A DNA stretch of 64,000 nucleotides from Rotaria socialis (taxonomy: Eukaryota). The notes under the pieces were generated by a model. It was not told where the DNA came from and searched no databases. It saw nothing but the letters and a program-made list of their open reading frames with translations. This document shows, in pieces, positions 39,754-60,269 of the stretch. The translations under genes and the position numbers were made by a program. Position 1 is the first letter of the stretch; each line of letters opens with the position of its first letter. Where the stretch lies: the NCBI GenBank assembly GCA_905331295.1, contig CAJNYD010000003.1, positions 62,001 to 126,000 on the forward strand, written 5' to 3'.

Positions 39754-42096
39754 TAGTGTGCCACTCGTTTGTCTTCAAGAAATAGTTTTGCATTCGTTGA
39801 GTGCAAAAGAGTGTCCTTATCTATGTGTGACATCATTATTACCTCCTCATCTATGTTGTGATTACCTTCTTATCTATGTTAGTATTTCCTTCTTTTCAAG
39901 GTTGTGGTGTTAGTATTACCTTTGTATCGATGTGATAACGTTGTGAGCCAACACTGCTTAAGGACAATCCTCTCACCATATAAAAGGGATGCGAAGAATG
40001 CTTGAAAGTCAGTCTGGCGTATGTGTGCTTTCTTCTGCACTTCCAAATAAATAGTCCTGTAACGACTCAAAATCGTCACAGGTAGTACGGAAACAAATTG
40101 AAATGGAATAAATCAATCATATATATAGCATGATTCAAGTTTTCAATCGACTAAAATTTGTAAGAGAAATATGAATTTTCCATTGTTATATCAAGAAATT
40201 TTTTCTTCTCAATAACGAAATTTATCGTGATTTATTAATTAATTTAAATGTAATTTCTAATCTAATTCTGTAAAAAGACTCAGAAAGCCGAAAGATTTCT
40301 AGTAGATGGTATGAATAAATTTCATAAAAAATATCTAAATCGATAAAAAAAATGAATCAACTGAAAACGCTAAAATGAAAACGTTTTCTTTTTGTTACTG
40401 TTTCTTGGAGTCTATGAAAGTTTTCAATCTGGTATGAGATAATTTATGTAAAGTTTATGTCATACAATCAACTTATCTATAGTGCATCGGGAATATATCA
40501 AAATCAGAGGTATTTTACATCACATAGAAATACAGGAAACAAGACAGAAACTACTAGAAATAATATTAATTAATCTATGTATCGTTGATAGAACAACAGT
40601 ATAGGTTAGGTTGAAATAGTGGAAAGTCGATTCGAAATTCCATGTAGATTAACAAGAAAACATATATTAAATGAAAGCTTGAACTTAAAAGAAATTTCTC
40701 TTAGACTATGCAGAAAATATTATTGAAGAAACCTAACGGCATGTTTTATACTAATACCCATTATTATCATTCTCTTGATGGGGTGTTTATATCACGAGAA
40801 TCTGATTGCTCATTTCAACTTTTAAGTAGATGCTTCTTTTTCTTTTCATGCATTATCGAAATCAACATATTGCCGACTAATTTGATAATATATATGACTA
40901 AAAATATCTTTCCATATACTTAGTTATCTGTCATTTTGTAAAAAAAAGCACGATATGTTATCGAAAAAGTCTTATCAATATGTCTCTTCTTGCTCATTCG
41001 CTTTTTTTTCCAAAATTCAGCAGAATTGTCGGACTTCAATTTATCAACTTTATTCAAATGTTCTCCAACATATCAATGGTGATTCAATACAATAAGAAAC
41101 AACTTTAGATTTATGCAAAAACTTCCAGTCATAAATAGTAAATCAGATTTCAACTAATAAAAAGATTGAAGAGCAGCTGATCTTTTTTTCTCTCTATAAG
41201 CCAATTCGATTCTTAGTTAGCCGTGTGAAGGGCTCAAATTCCTATAAGATTGCCATTTAAGATTACTAGACCCTGAGTGGTTGATTCTTTTTTTAGTTGA
41301 TATTTTGAGTGTGCACAACGAAAACATCCACAATAAAATACTTCTAAAGAAAATTCGAGCTATTAAATTACTATCGAATGGAATATAGAGAAGATAATTT
41401 AATAATATGTTTTTAGTTAAAACTTTGTACTTACGCAGATTTTTTATTTTAGAAAATCTTCTGAAAATTTCAGTAAAAATAATTTTTTCCATCTTTCGCT
41501 ATTGAACGTTCACAAAAGACGAAGATGACTCGATTGTTGTTGAATATCTTGAAAAATAATGTCAAAACAATTACTTTGACTAAATCCTTGACAACATAGT
41601 AGGATCATAAGAACTGTTAATGGACAACGAAAACAACATCAGTACTTTCTTAATGTTGCAAAGAGGATGATTGCTTACAAATCGTTTTTGTATTTTATTA
41701 ATGAACGAATCATTTCTATATGTACAAAACGTGTGCGAAAACTTATAAAATCATTTCAATCAGTTTGCTTATCAGTTAAATCTAATACAGCTCATTGTCA
41801 AACTAGAATTATTATAATAAAATACATTGTTTTACTTAGAAAATAGATAAAATATTTTCAAAAGCGATGAGTATTTTGATTTCGAACAAAGAACCCTAAG
41901 AGTTCAATCAAAAATTATTCACTTATTGTTTATTTTTCGATAATAATCGATTATAAAAAAAATCGAAGATCTGTGTTTTGTGTATTCATCCATTCTTGAA
42001 ACAAATAGGTAGTTCAATATACATATTATAAAAAGCACCACTCAAAAAGAAAAAGAAAAAGAAATAGAAATGATCTGGTATTTGCATATGACTAGA

Positions 42097-48338
<6,242 letters not shown>

Positions 48339-48600
48339 TATTGTTTTTGGATTTATTGACAAATGATCCGATCAACTTAACGACAAACAAAACGAACGAA
48401 CGACCGAACGCCAAGTGAAAATATTAGCATATGACTCATTGTTGAGCTGCATATTTTTTCTTTGGATCATTTGCTTAAACAAATCAATGATTTGAAACTC
48501 ATGTGATTTTTCTGCCATAAATTTTTGCTGATTCAAACGAGCTGAACATTTGACTAGATTTGTTTTTTTTTTGCTTTTTCTTTACATTATTTTTATTCAT

Positions 48601-48610
48601 AAGATGGCGC
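48601..48610 (+). promoter_or_regulatory. Candidate YY1-type motif upstream of ACK
   Basis: aagatggcgc matches the YY1 core AAGATGGCG, about 265 bp upstream of the ACK ATG. Confidence 0.25.
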
Positions 48611-50670
48611 TATTCGCCAAAGTTTCCTACATCATTATTTATATATTGCACACATGCAATGATATTGAAATAAATATCTATTGTATTATCCAATTAAATA
48701 TAAAGTAATCATACTAAGAAGACTTTCATCACAGGATAAAATCTAGAATAGTGCTTTGTGACAAGAGAATAATATTTAACAAGTATGTTCGGCATTCCAG
48801 ATGACATAATTCTTCGAAATTTTACAATGTTAAAATAAATTAATCTATCCATATTTTGGTGTTCGTATAGATTATAGACAGTAACGTGAATCTCAATTTT
48901 TTGTTGCCGATGAACATATTCAAACGAAAAGAATCATGATACTTAGGATAATCTACATGAAAAACTAAATAAATGGTTTGTAAGGACGATATTGTAATGT
49001 TATATCATTTTAAAACGTCAATCTACTATATCTTTATTGATAGAAAATATTTACGATATAATATTCATTTGTAAAATTTACAGAAACCTATAAATCTTTT
49101 ACTTTATTCTGTATTTTTTTAAATTTAATTCTATGAGAATTATAAATTTACAAAGCATGAACATATACAGTTAATTATTTTCATTAAATCCAAAAAGACT
49201 ATTATATTTTTACTAAAATATGTTCAAAATAAAATTATAAAAAAAGACTGTTAATAATTCATTTGATGAGTAGACGAAATTTTTAATGAGTAATTTCGAT
49301 ACATCAGTAATATTTTAATTGGGATAAGAAATAAATGATGAATTTATAAAACAAGCTTTACAGACTATCGAATATTTAACTTTATACTAATAATTTAAGT
49401 TATTTAATGAGAATTTGCATATAAAATCAAACAAATTATTACTAAACATCTAGAAGAAAAAAACACGTAATCATTCAACCGTTTTATCGTTTTCTTTTAC
49501 CTAGATATGATCTTCTGTCAATGAGAAATCTGTTTTTGCATGAGATAAAACTATTTCAATTAATTTGAATATTGTTACATTGATAAATGCTTATACCTAT
49601 CAGCATATTCTATCTGATAGGTGCACATATCTAACTTACATATAACATATATATCAATAGTTGAGTCATGAAATAATTTCATTTGTCCACAATATTCGGT
49701 TTTTTTGCCCCATATGTAATACTTCATTAGATTCTTTTTTTATTGAAATATCACAGACTTACTTCATAGATAAAACAGTCAGTTGAAACGATGTTTTTTT
49801 TGAAACAAAGCTCTCATTAAGGTGCATGTCCTTATACGAACTTTAGTTAGGTTTCATAATAGCATACGATTGTAAATATAAAACGAAGTATTATTTGTGC
49901 TCGTCTTCAATGAATCATTCGCAAAAAGTCTACTTGAAAGGGCGCATTGAACATTGTTCGAAATACCAATATTGCACAGAGAAAATATTTGGCTGTGATC
50001 ATTTTGATATGTTTATGTCAATATAAGATTCTTTGAAAATATCATGATAGTTTTCAACGAATAATTTATCATAGGCTTCACTAATAGCATCAAAACACTT
50101 CTTGTTACTATCGAACTGAAGATCTGATACTTTGTTTGCATCATGTTGAATAATTATTTCTATCCATTGATTTTTATTATTCCCATTCACTCGAATATCC
50201 TGTATTTGGAGTCAATTGGCATAAAGATGAATACACAGAGATCGATCTTCGAAATGAAATCATGTGATGCATGTTTTTTTGGAGAAACGAGATGCTCAAT
50301 ACAGTATGTGACTGGTCTCGTGAATAAAAATATGAATGAAATTAATTGAAGTTTTTCTATTTAGCCCAGCTAAACGATAGAATAACGAATTTTTTTAAAA
50401 GCTTTCCAAGCTATAGAGTTAGATAAACATGGAAAACTCAAATATTCGAATGTCGTACGATATATTTCCTGTTGTTTATTTCATTATCGGCTGAGAAACT
50501 TCTTCGGATAACGTTTAAAAATAATTAGATTGAATCGAAATTGGAAAACTATTTCAATTTGGCTGAAGTGAAATCATTCAAAATAGTTGTTCTAATGAAA
50601 CTTAACTTTTAATTCAGAGTGCAATTTCATATAAAACATGTATTGCAATAAAGTACGAAAAAAATATCAT

Positions 50671-52990
50671 TTAATCAAATTCTAGTTCATTGAGTAGATA
50701 ATCAGCTTTTTCATCATTGGCTTCTTCTTTTTCACGTACTTTTGATTGCATAAGAGTATGTTCGAGTACAGCTATACGAACATCAACACGAATTATATCA
50801 CGATTTAATTCTTCAATAGCTTTCTTGATTTTAACCAACGGACCTAAAAATTCAACCGATATGAGATATTTTCAAACCAAAAAACTGGTTTACAAACCTC
50901 CATCTGTAACATTTTGTCCAGTCTCTTCCATTTCTTCTTTAATTTGTGATAACTCGGCTGTAATTTGAGTTAGCTGTTGAGATTTTTCTGTTATACCCGA
51001 TGAAATGTGCCGATAATGTTGCTTAGCTTGTGCTAATAAATCTTGTTGTTGATGAAATTCATGAACATGATCATTCAATTGAGAATTAATATATTGCTCA
51101 CCTAAACAGTAGAAAAAGTGTTAACAATTGCCGATGACAATGCTATTTTATTTACGAGTCGTAATTTTTTCTAATGATTTAGCAATATCTGTATGAAATC
51201 TTGTTAACATTTGTTCAGCATCTTTAAGTGAAGTAGCAATTTGAGATTTATACGTTAAACGTTGTTCTTGTCGTGCACGCCAATCTTTATTTTCTGCTTT
51301 AAATGTTACTTTAAGTTGTGGTAATACACGTTCAACTTCTAATTTCCATTCTGTTGCATCTGTTGTCGATTCCATAATTAGTTCAGGTCGAACTTCAGGT
51401 TCAGACATTGCAGCAGCTCCCACTGAACTTGATTTTAAACCTAATTTAGTTAAAGCTTCCATATTGAGTATAGCTTCATCTTCTTCATACTCATCGGCAT
51501 CTGTATCCTAAAACGACAAAAAAATATTTTTGCGATACGATTTTATGGTATTATAAAATACCCTATTAAACATTTCTTCGTCAATTTTATTCACATCAAT
51601 TTCATTGTCGTCATCTTTAGGACCTGAATCATCAGCATCTGGTAATTCATCAGGTTTCTCAGGTCTAAAAATCAAAAATACGATGTGTCAATTCAGAATA
51701 TTCACTTACAATCGCCAAGTGAAACTAATTTTCTTAAGTGCATCATCAGCAAGTCGATTTAGAATATAGACAACAGATTCACCAGAACCCGATCGAAGTT
51801 TATTCGCACTGATGGTTATATCATGACCCTATAAATGAAATTTATTCAATAATTTTCAATACAATTAATATAATAGAGATTAAAATTATTTTGCGCATTA
51901 GACTCAAGATAAAGAGTCAAATCGATGGTAAAAATATTCGATAATCTTTAAGATTTTTTCAATAGTTGACTCGACGAAATAAACTTTTTTCGAATCAAAA
52001 CTCAATTCATGAAGTTACCAACAATAACTGAATTGATAATGTTGCTAAAAATAGAGCAGAATGAAGTTTTTATGACGAATTACTATTGAAATCTGTCATA
52101 AACAAGAAACATGCTCGAAATATTTTTTATCGTCACAATCACAATCACAATCAAAACAATACTATGAACATATCACATGTGCATCGAGTTCCATGAAGAT
52201 AAATAACTAAATTGAAATATTTACGAGCAGAAAAATATCAATCTGCTTATATAAAATTTAATACTACTCGCAGCTTTTCTTCATTATAACGCGACTCTCA
52301 GAATAAAAAATGTTCAACTTTTCGTAACTTTCTTAAGATGTAACGAATGATTTAGAAATAAATAAACCAATTATTCCAACTTATCTTATACTATACTTTG
52401 TAAAAAAAAATAAATTGTTTTCTTAAAATCTATTTCTTATGAATTGCAAGAAGAAGTTTTTCCAAAAGAAAATACGACAGACTTCACAGAACACCGAATA
52501 GAAAAACAATTTAAACTATTCAGATTAGAATTTTTTTCTCAATCATGAAGGCAGTTGAAACAATTCATTTGTGCATCGAATTATATGTACATAAAACTTA
52601 CCAGTTTCTTAAATTGGGCGATAATATTTTGAAGTAAGACACTCTGGTCATCATCCTATTTTTAAAAAAAGCAAGTAATAAATATTGCAAGAGAAACAAA
52701 CGTTTTCTATAGACCTCGCTTGGCTTTTCAAACCGAATACCACCTTTTTGAAAAAGCCATGCTGAAAGAGCAATAAAGGCGTGCAGCTGATCTCCTGGAT
52801 TAGTTGTCACAGAGAAATGAATTCGTGATATTGGTTTCATTCTCCATTTCATAACGTATTCGTCATCATAATTAAGTAATTTTAATTTATTATGCAAATT
52901 AGCCATATCAACAAATACTTGAAAACCAGCTCCTGGACTCACATCGGGTACTTCAGCACCACCAGTAACTTTCACTGTATCGTCAGCCAT
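50671..52990 (-). CDS. IFT57: Intraflagellar transport protein 57 (HIPPI)
   Basis: MANLHNKLKLLNY..PISRIHFSVTTNPGDQL; KLRSGSGESVVYILNRLADDALK; EWKLEVERVLPQLKV..KDWR; LEKITTR|EQYINSQL; TDGG|PLVKIKKA..IAVLEHTL. Multi-exon. Confidence 0.95.
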
Positions 52991-53352
52991 AGAATATTGT
53001 TCTCTGATTATGTTCAATAAAAACTCAACAATGATCTTAGATACTTTCATAGACTCAAACATCACTCTTAACAACAACCTCTACTGATAGCACATCAAGT
53101 TTTAAAGCTGTATAATTAATTTCAGAAGATGTCGCTTGAATTTTCAATTGACTTTTATTAATTAGAGAATTTAAAAAAAGGAAGAAATTCATTCTTTCGA
53201 TCATTTTATTTTATTTCCATAAGAAACGAATATTTTTATCTAGCCAATAGATAAGTAAGTCTATTGAAGAAAAACAAAACAGCTGTTGTTTATTTATTTC
53301 TATTGTTTCACAATTCTTAGTTTGATTTGTCTTAAATTATAATCAATCAATC
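52991..53352. promoter_or_regulatory. Putative bidirectional promoter IFT57/CCDC12 with X-box-like and CCAAT motifs
   Basis: 362 bp between divergent ATGs. atttccataagaaac (53213-53227) resembles an RFX X-box; agccaatag at ~53242. Confidence 0.5.
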
Positions 53353-53971
53353 ATGACTTTAAGTGAATTAGAAGAAGAAGCTCGTAAACGTAAAGAACGT
53401 CTTGCACAATGGAAACTTAAGAAACAAAATCAAACAACTAAACGAAAAGAATATGAAGAGGATGAAAATGACAATGAAACGGAAATAAATAATAAAGAAA
53501 AAGATCTACAAGAAACAACTGTTGAATTTCCCAAACCAATATTTCGTAATTATAAGCCGAATGATTCAGCACAATTATCAGGTGCTATTATTTTACCTAA
53601 ACCGAAGTTAATTGATATTAAATCAATGGTAATAAAAAAAACGAAAGTGAATTTCTTCCTTTTTAAAAGAATTTTAATTTATTTAGATTGAAGATCAACT
53701 AAAAAATAAATCAAGTGGAAATGATAATTCTGTTAGTGGAGTCATAGAAGATGTCGATTTATTATCATTAGCACCACGAAAACCTGATTGGGATTTAAAA
53801 CGTGATGTAGAAAAAAAATTAAAACGTTTAGAAAAACGAACAACACGAGCCATCGCAGAGTTAACCCGTGAACGTTTATTAGCAGAACAAAAACAATCTC
53901 AAACATCTTTAGCTGAAGTTGTAGCAACAACTTCAAAATTAAACGAAGCAGCACAAGATGATGATGAGTAA
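53353..53971 (+). CDS. CCDC12: Coiled-coil domain-containing protein 12 (Cwf18 splicing factor)
   Basis: LEEEARKRKERL..FRNYKP..DLLSLAPRKPDWDLKRDVEKKLKRLEKRTTRAIAELTRERL. Two exons; stop 53969-53971. Confidence 0.95.
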
Positions 53972-54233
53972 AGTTTGTTACTCGGAAAGTTTCTTTATAT
54001 TTTTTGTGTTGTGTAAATAAAAATCATTAAGATAAAAACGAAGAAAATATTTCAATTCAAAGAAGAAATAAATATTTTTCTTTTTGTTTTTAAGATGATG
54101 ATGATTATTCTAATTAAATATATATTATTATCAATTATCGTTGTCAATGATTTATCCGTTTAATTGAAACTACTATTCCATTCTGAGTGTCATATTGACA
54201 CTTTACCTTTTTTTGTTTTCTGTGTTAAATTCG

Positions 54234-57200
54234 ATGCGTTGTTCGACAGTTTTGTCGAGTAACACTAGGGGTATTTCATCTGTCGAACAACCACTTATTC
54301 ATCAATCAACAGTCAACACTACCAAACTGGAGTATTTAACTGATTGGTTTACTGGGTAAGATATCGAGAATCGTTGACATTGATATTTAAAATTAGATTT
54401 TAACAATAAAATCTATTGTTCAAGCAACAGCGAGTATTCTATCTTTGCCAATAGATAATACTTTCGTGTTCGCCTTTCATTATTCTAGAATATTATCTAT
54501 TGCTATTGCAAAAAAAAATTTCCTACGCATTTCTGTAATGATTAACAATAAGGAGATATTTGTTGCAAAGTTTCAAAGTCTCAATGGTGCGTATGTATTG
54601 ATCATTCTTGTTAAATACTTTCTATCTTTGTCTTTCTCGAGTTTGCTAACATTGTAGTAACTCGTAAATGTACATTTGCTTAAGGCAATATTAATTTAAA
54701 AACAAAAAAAGTTGAGTCGACTAAAATATATTTATTCAAGAATCGACTTCACGGAGTATACAATTGGCTTTGTCCTATTATTTAATTTTTCTACTACAAG
54801 AAAAAGTATTTTCCTTGTCCAGTATGTCTATTTGTATTGATTGTTATTATGTAAATGTATAAATAACGAATATATACTGTTAGTTTGAATTATCCTAGTG
54901 AATGTCGATGATCGGTTAAGATAGGAATGACCTTCTCGTATATTTACTGAAGATGAGATATATGTGATATTTGTTTTTTCTCTCTCGTTGTCATCGAGCT
55001 CTTGCTGTTCATTGATTGATCGAGCTAGTTCTGTTTTTTTTCTCCCCTTAATAACCTTGCTTATTCTTTATTTGTTTTCATAAGGCGTGTCTATCTGTCG
55101 TTTCAAGAGAAGATCATTAGTCTTTTTACTTTATCATCTTATTGATCAACTTTTAATAGAATTCGTTAGTAATTAAAATAAATGTTTCAACATAAACAAA
55201 AATATTTGACGTCAAAATAGCTTTGAAACAGGAGGAATATCAAGGGAAACAAAAACAGATCGATTTTTAGATAGTTGTTTAACATAAAGAGCATTAAGCG
55301 TGAGTATGACAGTTCAGATGGGACAGCCAGCTAAATTGGACTTGAGCGGATCAATGTGTCATCACCGAGGGAATAGTGGCGTGATCGTACGATGTTTGTT
55401 TTGATTGATTCTTCTTTTCCCTCGGCTGTTGTAACGTCGTCATTTTCTCTTGTTCTTTTTCTCACTTGAAGAGAAGCGCGTGCGAGGTAAAAAAAAAAGA
55501 AATACGAAGAAACGACCAACAAAGCAATGAGACCACACTGATGACAATATTCTACTAGACTATGGGTATTCTTAGCTTGTCATTTATATTCACTTCCGCT
55601 TCATCCAATACGTAAGTTATTTTGATCTAGGCAAATTGCAATGCGAGAAAAATCTTCCCGTTACGCGTTAACTATTGAATTGTTCCTATTTCGAGAGAAA
55701 AATGTTTCTTTACTAGATTTACATTTTTTATCAGACAAGTATAATTGTTTATGTTTTTCTCGTTTGAATCCTAATCTAATATTGATACGATTGGAAGAAA
55801 GGAGAAACATAGTTTTTTCCTCGTCATAAAAACTTCATTAGAAAAGAAAAAGAAGATGCAAGTTCGCTGTTGTTGCTCAATCCCTTTGTGTATTTAGTAG
55901 GTCCACGAAAGAAGAGTAGACAACTAAGCCCTCGAGAGAGATTACGGCAACAGAATAGTGGACGACAACGATCAAATCGATTGACCTTCATAACGTGCTT
56001 TGTATGTTGTTTAATAGTTATTCGTTGTCAAATCCTAGTGGAAGCAAACCTTTTCCTTTTCTTTCTCTCTCTCTCTTGTTCTACCTGTTACAAATGTAAA
56101 ATGTGTTGTTGATCGAGCAGCAAGGATCTGTATAGGAATGAGAAACAGAACGAGAGTAAAACGGCAGAAACAGCAGCATTGGCAAAATAATGACATCATA
56201 AAAAGAAAACGGACGCTTGAGAAGAACGAGAAGAAGCAGAAGGAACCATCTGGAGACGAAGTGGCATCATCTCTTCATTTACTATGTTCGTCTTTCCACT
56301 CTGGTACGTCATTTTCAACTAAACAGATGATCATATCTTGACAACTATTTTAAATTGATATTTTTCTTGTCGTGAAAGGCGAAGAGAACGAGATTTTGAT
56401 AATCATGAAAAAAACTGAAAATATTTATGTTCTTTTTTCTCTGTCTACGTATATCTGATGAACTAATACAGATTCTATATGATTTTCTTTAATTCTCTTC
56501 ATTTTAAAATAATAATATAACTAGTGCGTTCAAAAGATAATGAGCGATGTCACATAAAATTATTCAATATATTGTGCGAATGATACTGAAAATTTGTTTA
56601 AATATTAACAAAAACAAAGAGTTAATTTTGATTTTCGAGCGGATGATTTCAAAAGTAATAAAATCTTTTACATTGTATACGTACAATGATTTCATCTTTT
56701 TCTATCGTTTATTGATCATATGTTAGGATGATTTATTTTTCGTGTTTTAATCATTGTTATTCAAACGTATGAATATGCAGACAAGAGAATGAAACGAAAA
56801 AAAAGAATGAAAGCACACCTGTAAAAAAGCTTTTAGAATTTTTTCTTTTCGAGATGTCTATGGTTTACATTACATTTTATAACATGCATTACTTCTCAAA
56901 TAATGTTGTGACAAAGGAAAATGATAAGCATTTTTTCTTTAACTCAGTGAGCAGTTTTACGTTTAATTTTTATCAAGCAAGTTCAAAGTTTTATCTATCA
57001 AAGGCAGAAAGAAAAGAAAAGCTATTTTTCAATACATACTTTTTTCTTTTCTGTTGTTATAAATTACTAAATAATGAACACTTTATTACGGTAAGAATTG
57101 TTTTTACACGACATCATCGTTGAGTCGTACGATTTAATATTTACCTGTAATGAGTCATAGTTTCAGTAGATAATAACAAGTCGTAGTTGTAGTTCTGATG

Positions 57201-59081
57201 ATGACTTTGCAGAAAAAGACAACAATTTCAGTAATCTTATTGCATAGAAGCAACGACAATGCGTTTACGGTCGAATACAAATATTTCAGATTCGGAGAAG
57301 TCTTTTTGGATAAACCCAATATCGAATCTATTTGATGTTTTATTATCTCTGTCGAGGTACGTAGTTAGCAAAAAAAAATCGACATTTAAATCAGAAAAAC
57401 CTTGTCAATTGTCAAACATTAGATAGGAGAAATGATGAAATGATGAAAAAAAAATTCGTTGATGCGTAGCCAGTTTTATTTTCTTGTAAACTTTTTTACT
57501 TTTTATCGATACATAAAAAAAGACGAAAAGAATGATCATGTTCATTAGTCGAAAAACAATTCTGTACAGAATTCGACGCATACATTTTTTACGTTGCAAT
57601 GTATTATCTAAACTGTCAAATTATAGGCATATGTGAGTTTTTAGTTCTTTTTTCAATGCTGAATAGAAAAAAAATGCCAATTGTTCGATAAAAAAATACA
57701 GATCTTGTTTACATCGATGGTTGATAGGCAGGACAAGAAAAAACTACGTAAGATCAATGAGTTTTAGTTGACCAAAACAAGTAATTTTCTTTTGATAGCG
57801 TTGGATCAATGACAGGTATATAAAAGAAAAAAAAAAGTAGAAGAATAATGCGCGTAGAGCAATCGGCCGTGACTAGTTTATATATCTTTTCTATACGTAT
57901 GCGAAATAATCGATGCGTGCCCTTTCTCTTCATTTAGGCTCCATTTTTGCGTAAATATTAAGAATATCTATATTTTCAAATTATCTTTATACTTCTTTTC
58001 TTTTAAGGAAACAACGTCGAAAAAACGAAGGAACTGGTCCAACAGGTAAAGATTCATCCCCACCTCCGAGTGATCTTTCAAATGGTGGACTAATAAATTC
58101 TACTGAGAATCAAAACCAATCTTCTATCTCATCAATACCTCCAACCCAATCACATTCTTTCAATTCCTCAACCAATAATGGTTTACTTTATCTTCAACCA
58201 GAATATGCTATTTTTACTCGATCACTTGCTGAATGTAATATTCATGAATTAATCCGACAACCAAACGGTGTTGATAAAAATGAGTGGATTGCAAATAATA
58301 GTTCGTATTTTTTCGTTTGTTTTTTCTAAATTGAAACTATCTTCATGCAAAAATTTAACAATTTTTCTTTAAAGTTGTTGCTTTTTTCAATCATGTGAAC
58401 GCTTTGTACAATGCAATGTGTGACTTTTGTACACTAACAACATGTCCAGTAATGACCGGTCCTCAGAACAGGTTTATTATCTATTTTATTTTAATTATGA
58501 CGAAACATATAATTATATTTTAGTTCCTATTTGTGGGTTGATGAACGAAATAAAAAAGTAAAATATTCTGCGCCTCAATACATTGACCTTTCAATGATGT
58601 TTATTCAAAAAACACTTTCCGACGAAACTATATTTCCTACTAGACTTGGTAATATATAAACAAATTTTAACATAAAGTTGAGAAAAAGAATTTATTTTTA
58701 GATCAACAATTTCCTTTATATTTTGATGCGCTTGTACGTAAAATGGTGCGTCTATTATTTCATGCTGTGGCACATTTATATGCTGTTCATTATCGTCAAT
58801 TAATTGAATTACAATTACATCCACATTTGAACAGTTTATTTCTTCATTTTATTTTATTTTTAATCACATCGAATATAATCTCTTCTGATTGTTCAATTGT
58901 ACATACGAATTCTAGTGGAACACTTTCATCTTCATTGACAACACCCGGTCAAACAGATGCACGTGAACTTCGAACAGAACTCGAAACTTTAGATGTTTTA
59001 TATCAATTATTGGCTAACCAATGGCGACATGCTTACGGTCAAGCATGTGCACAAAAACGAAAAGCAGCAAACAATGAATGA
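54234..59081 (+). CDS. MOB2: MOB kinase activator 2
   Basis: Common exons from 58008: QPNGVDKNEWIANN, FFNHVNALYNAMCDFCT..CPVM, YLWVDERNKKVKYSAPQYID..DETIFPT, RLLFHAVAHLYAVH..LHPHLNSLFLHF. First exon 54234-54355 ends DWFTG|K, like MOB2 MDWLMGK. Confidence 0.92.
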
Positions 59082-60269
59082 AATATTAAAATTCATTTGT
59101 CAATAACGGAGAAGAACAGATTTTTTAAACCGATACGAATATAAATATATAAATATATATGTATATATATATATTTATACGTATATATATAATGAGTGCT
59201 CGACTATTTCCGAGTATGATTTCCTTTTTTTTTCTTTTTGTTCTTGATCATTTTTTCTTTACATGTCTTTGCTGCATAAAAAAAACAGTGACAGTCTATT
59301 AACGAATTTCACATTGTTTCTCGCTCCGTATTTATGTCTTTTCTCTTCCTTATGAAAAAAAATAACAACGACCAATGTGTCTTAGTTATCTTCATTTATT
59401 CAAAATAACAAAGACTGACAAAATAATACAATAAATATCTACATTTTATTATTTTTATTGTTTTCAAAAGATTTAAAATGTAGCAAACATTATTTTTCTT
59501 TGGTTTTTTTCGAAAACAAAAATTATTTAATCGAGAAAGTCAACCATCAACAAAAACGAATGATAAGATAAATATTGTCACTTACACAGTTCTCTCTGCA
59601 ATTTTTTCATGGATATTATTCTTCTAGCTAATTGAATAAATGTTTAGATTAAAATTCAATCTAAGAATTTCTCTAATCAATTGAAAACGATATATTAAAA
59701 CTGATGCATAGATTTTTTTTGGAATCTAATATGAAATAACTAAAATAGATTCGTTTGCATATTCATGTCCTTTTCGGTGAATGAGTAAAGAATTCATCAT
59801 TCTATCACGTACTCGTATAACGATAAACTTAACTTTCGATCATGTCTCAGAACAAAAAATTTTACAAGATGGACGGAACTGAGCCGTCCAAATTTATAGA
59901 AAAAATTGTCCTTGAGATTCTTAATCGGTTTGTATTATTTGATAGATTTTCTTTGAAACAATAATGAGATTTTTTCTAGTCCACGTTTCTGGATGCATCA
60001 ACGACATTTGCGTCGTATAGAGGAATTTAATATTGCAAGTTTTAATGCAAGACAAGCAGCTTATACGTTTCTTACGCAATACAATGGAGAAAAGTTTGTT
60101 AAAGCCCAAAAAGTAAAGACATAGATTTAGGCTTTTTAAAAATTCTGACTGATTATTAGGCTAATATTTTGTACAACAATGAAGAAATACATCTTTGTGT
60201 GCATAATCTGATTTGTAAGAAATGCTTTGTTTGTACTATTTCGATATGTTGCTCGTTAATTATAATTAG

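Noticed and set aside
49860..50320. Coding-like minus-strand fragments
   Set aside because: Frameshifted with no recognisable family; at most an unidentifiable relic.
57717..57780. Fourth MOB2 first exon
   Set aside because: The available donor is phase 1 and the frame then hits TAG, so it cannot join the acceptor at 58008.
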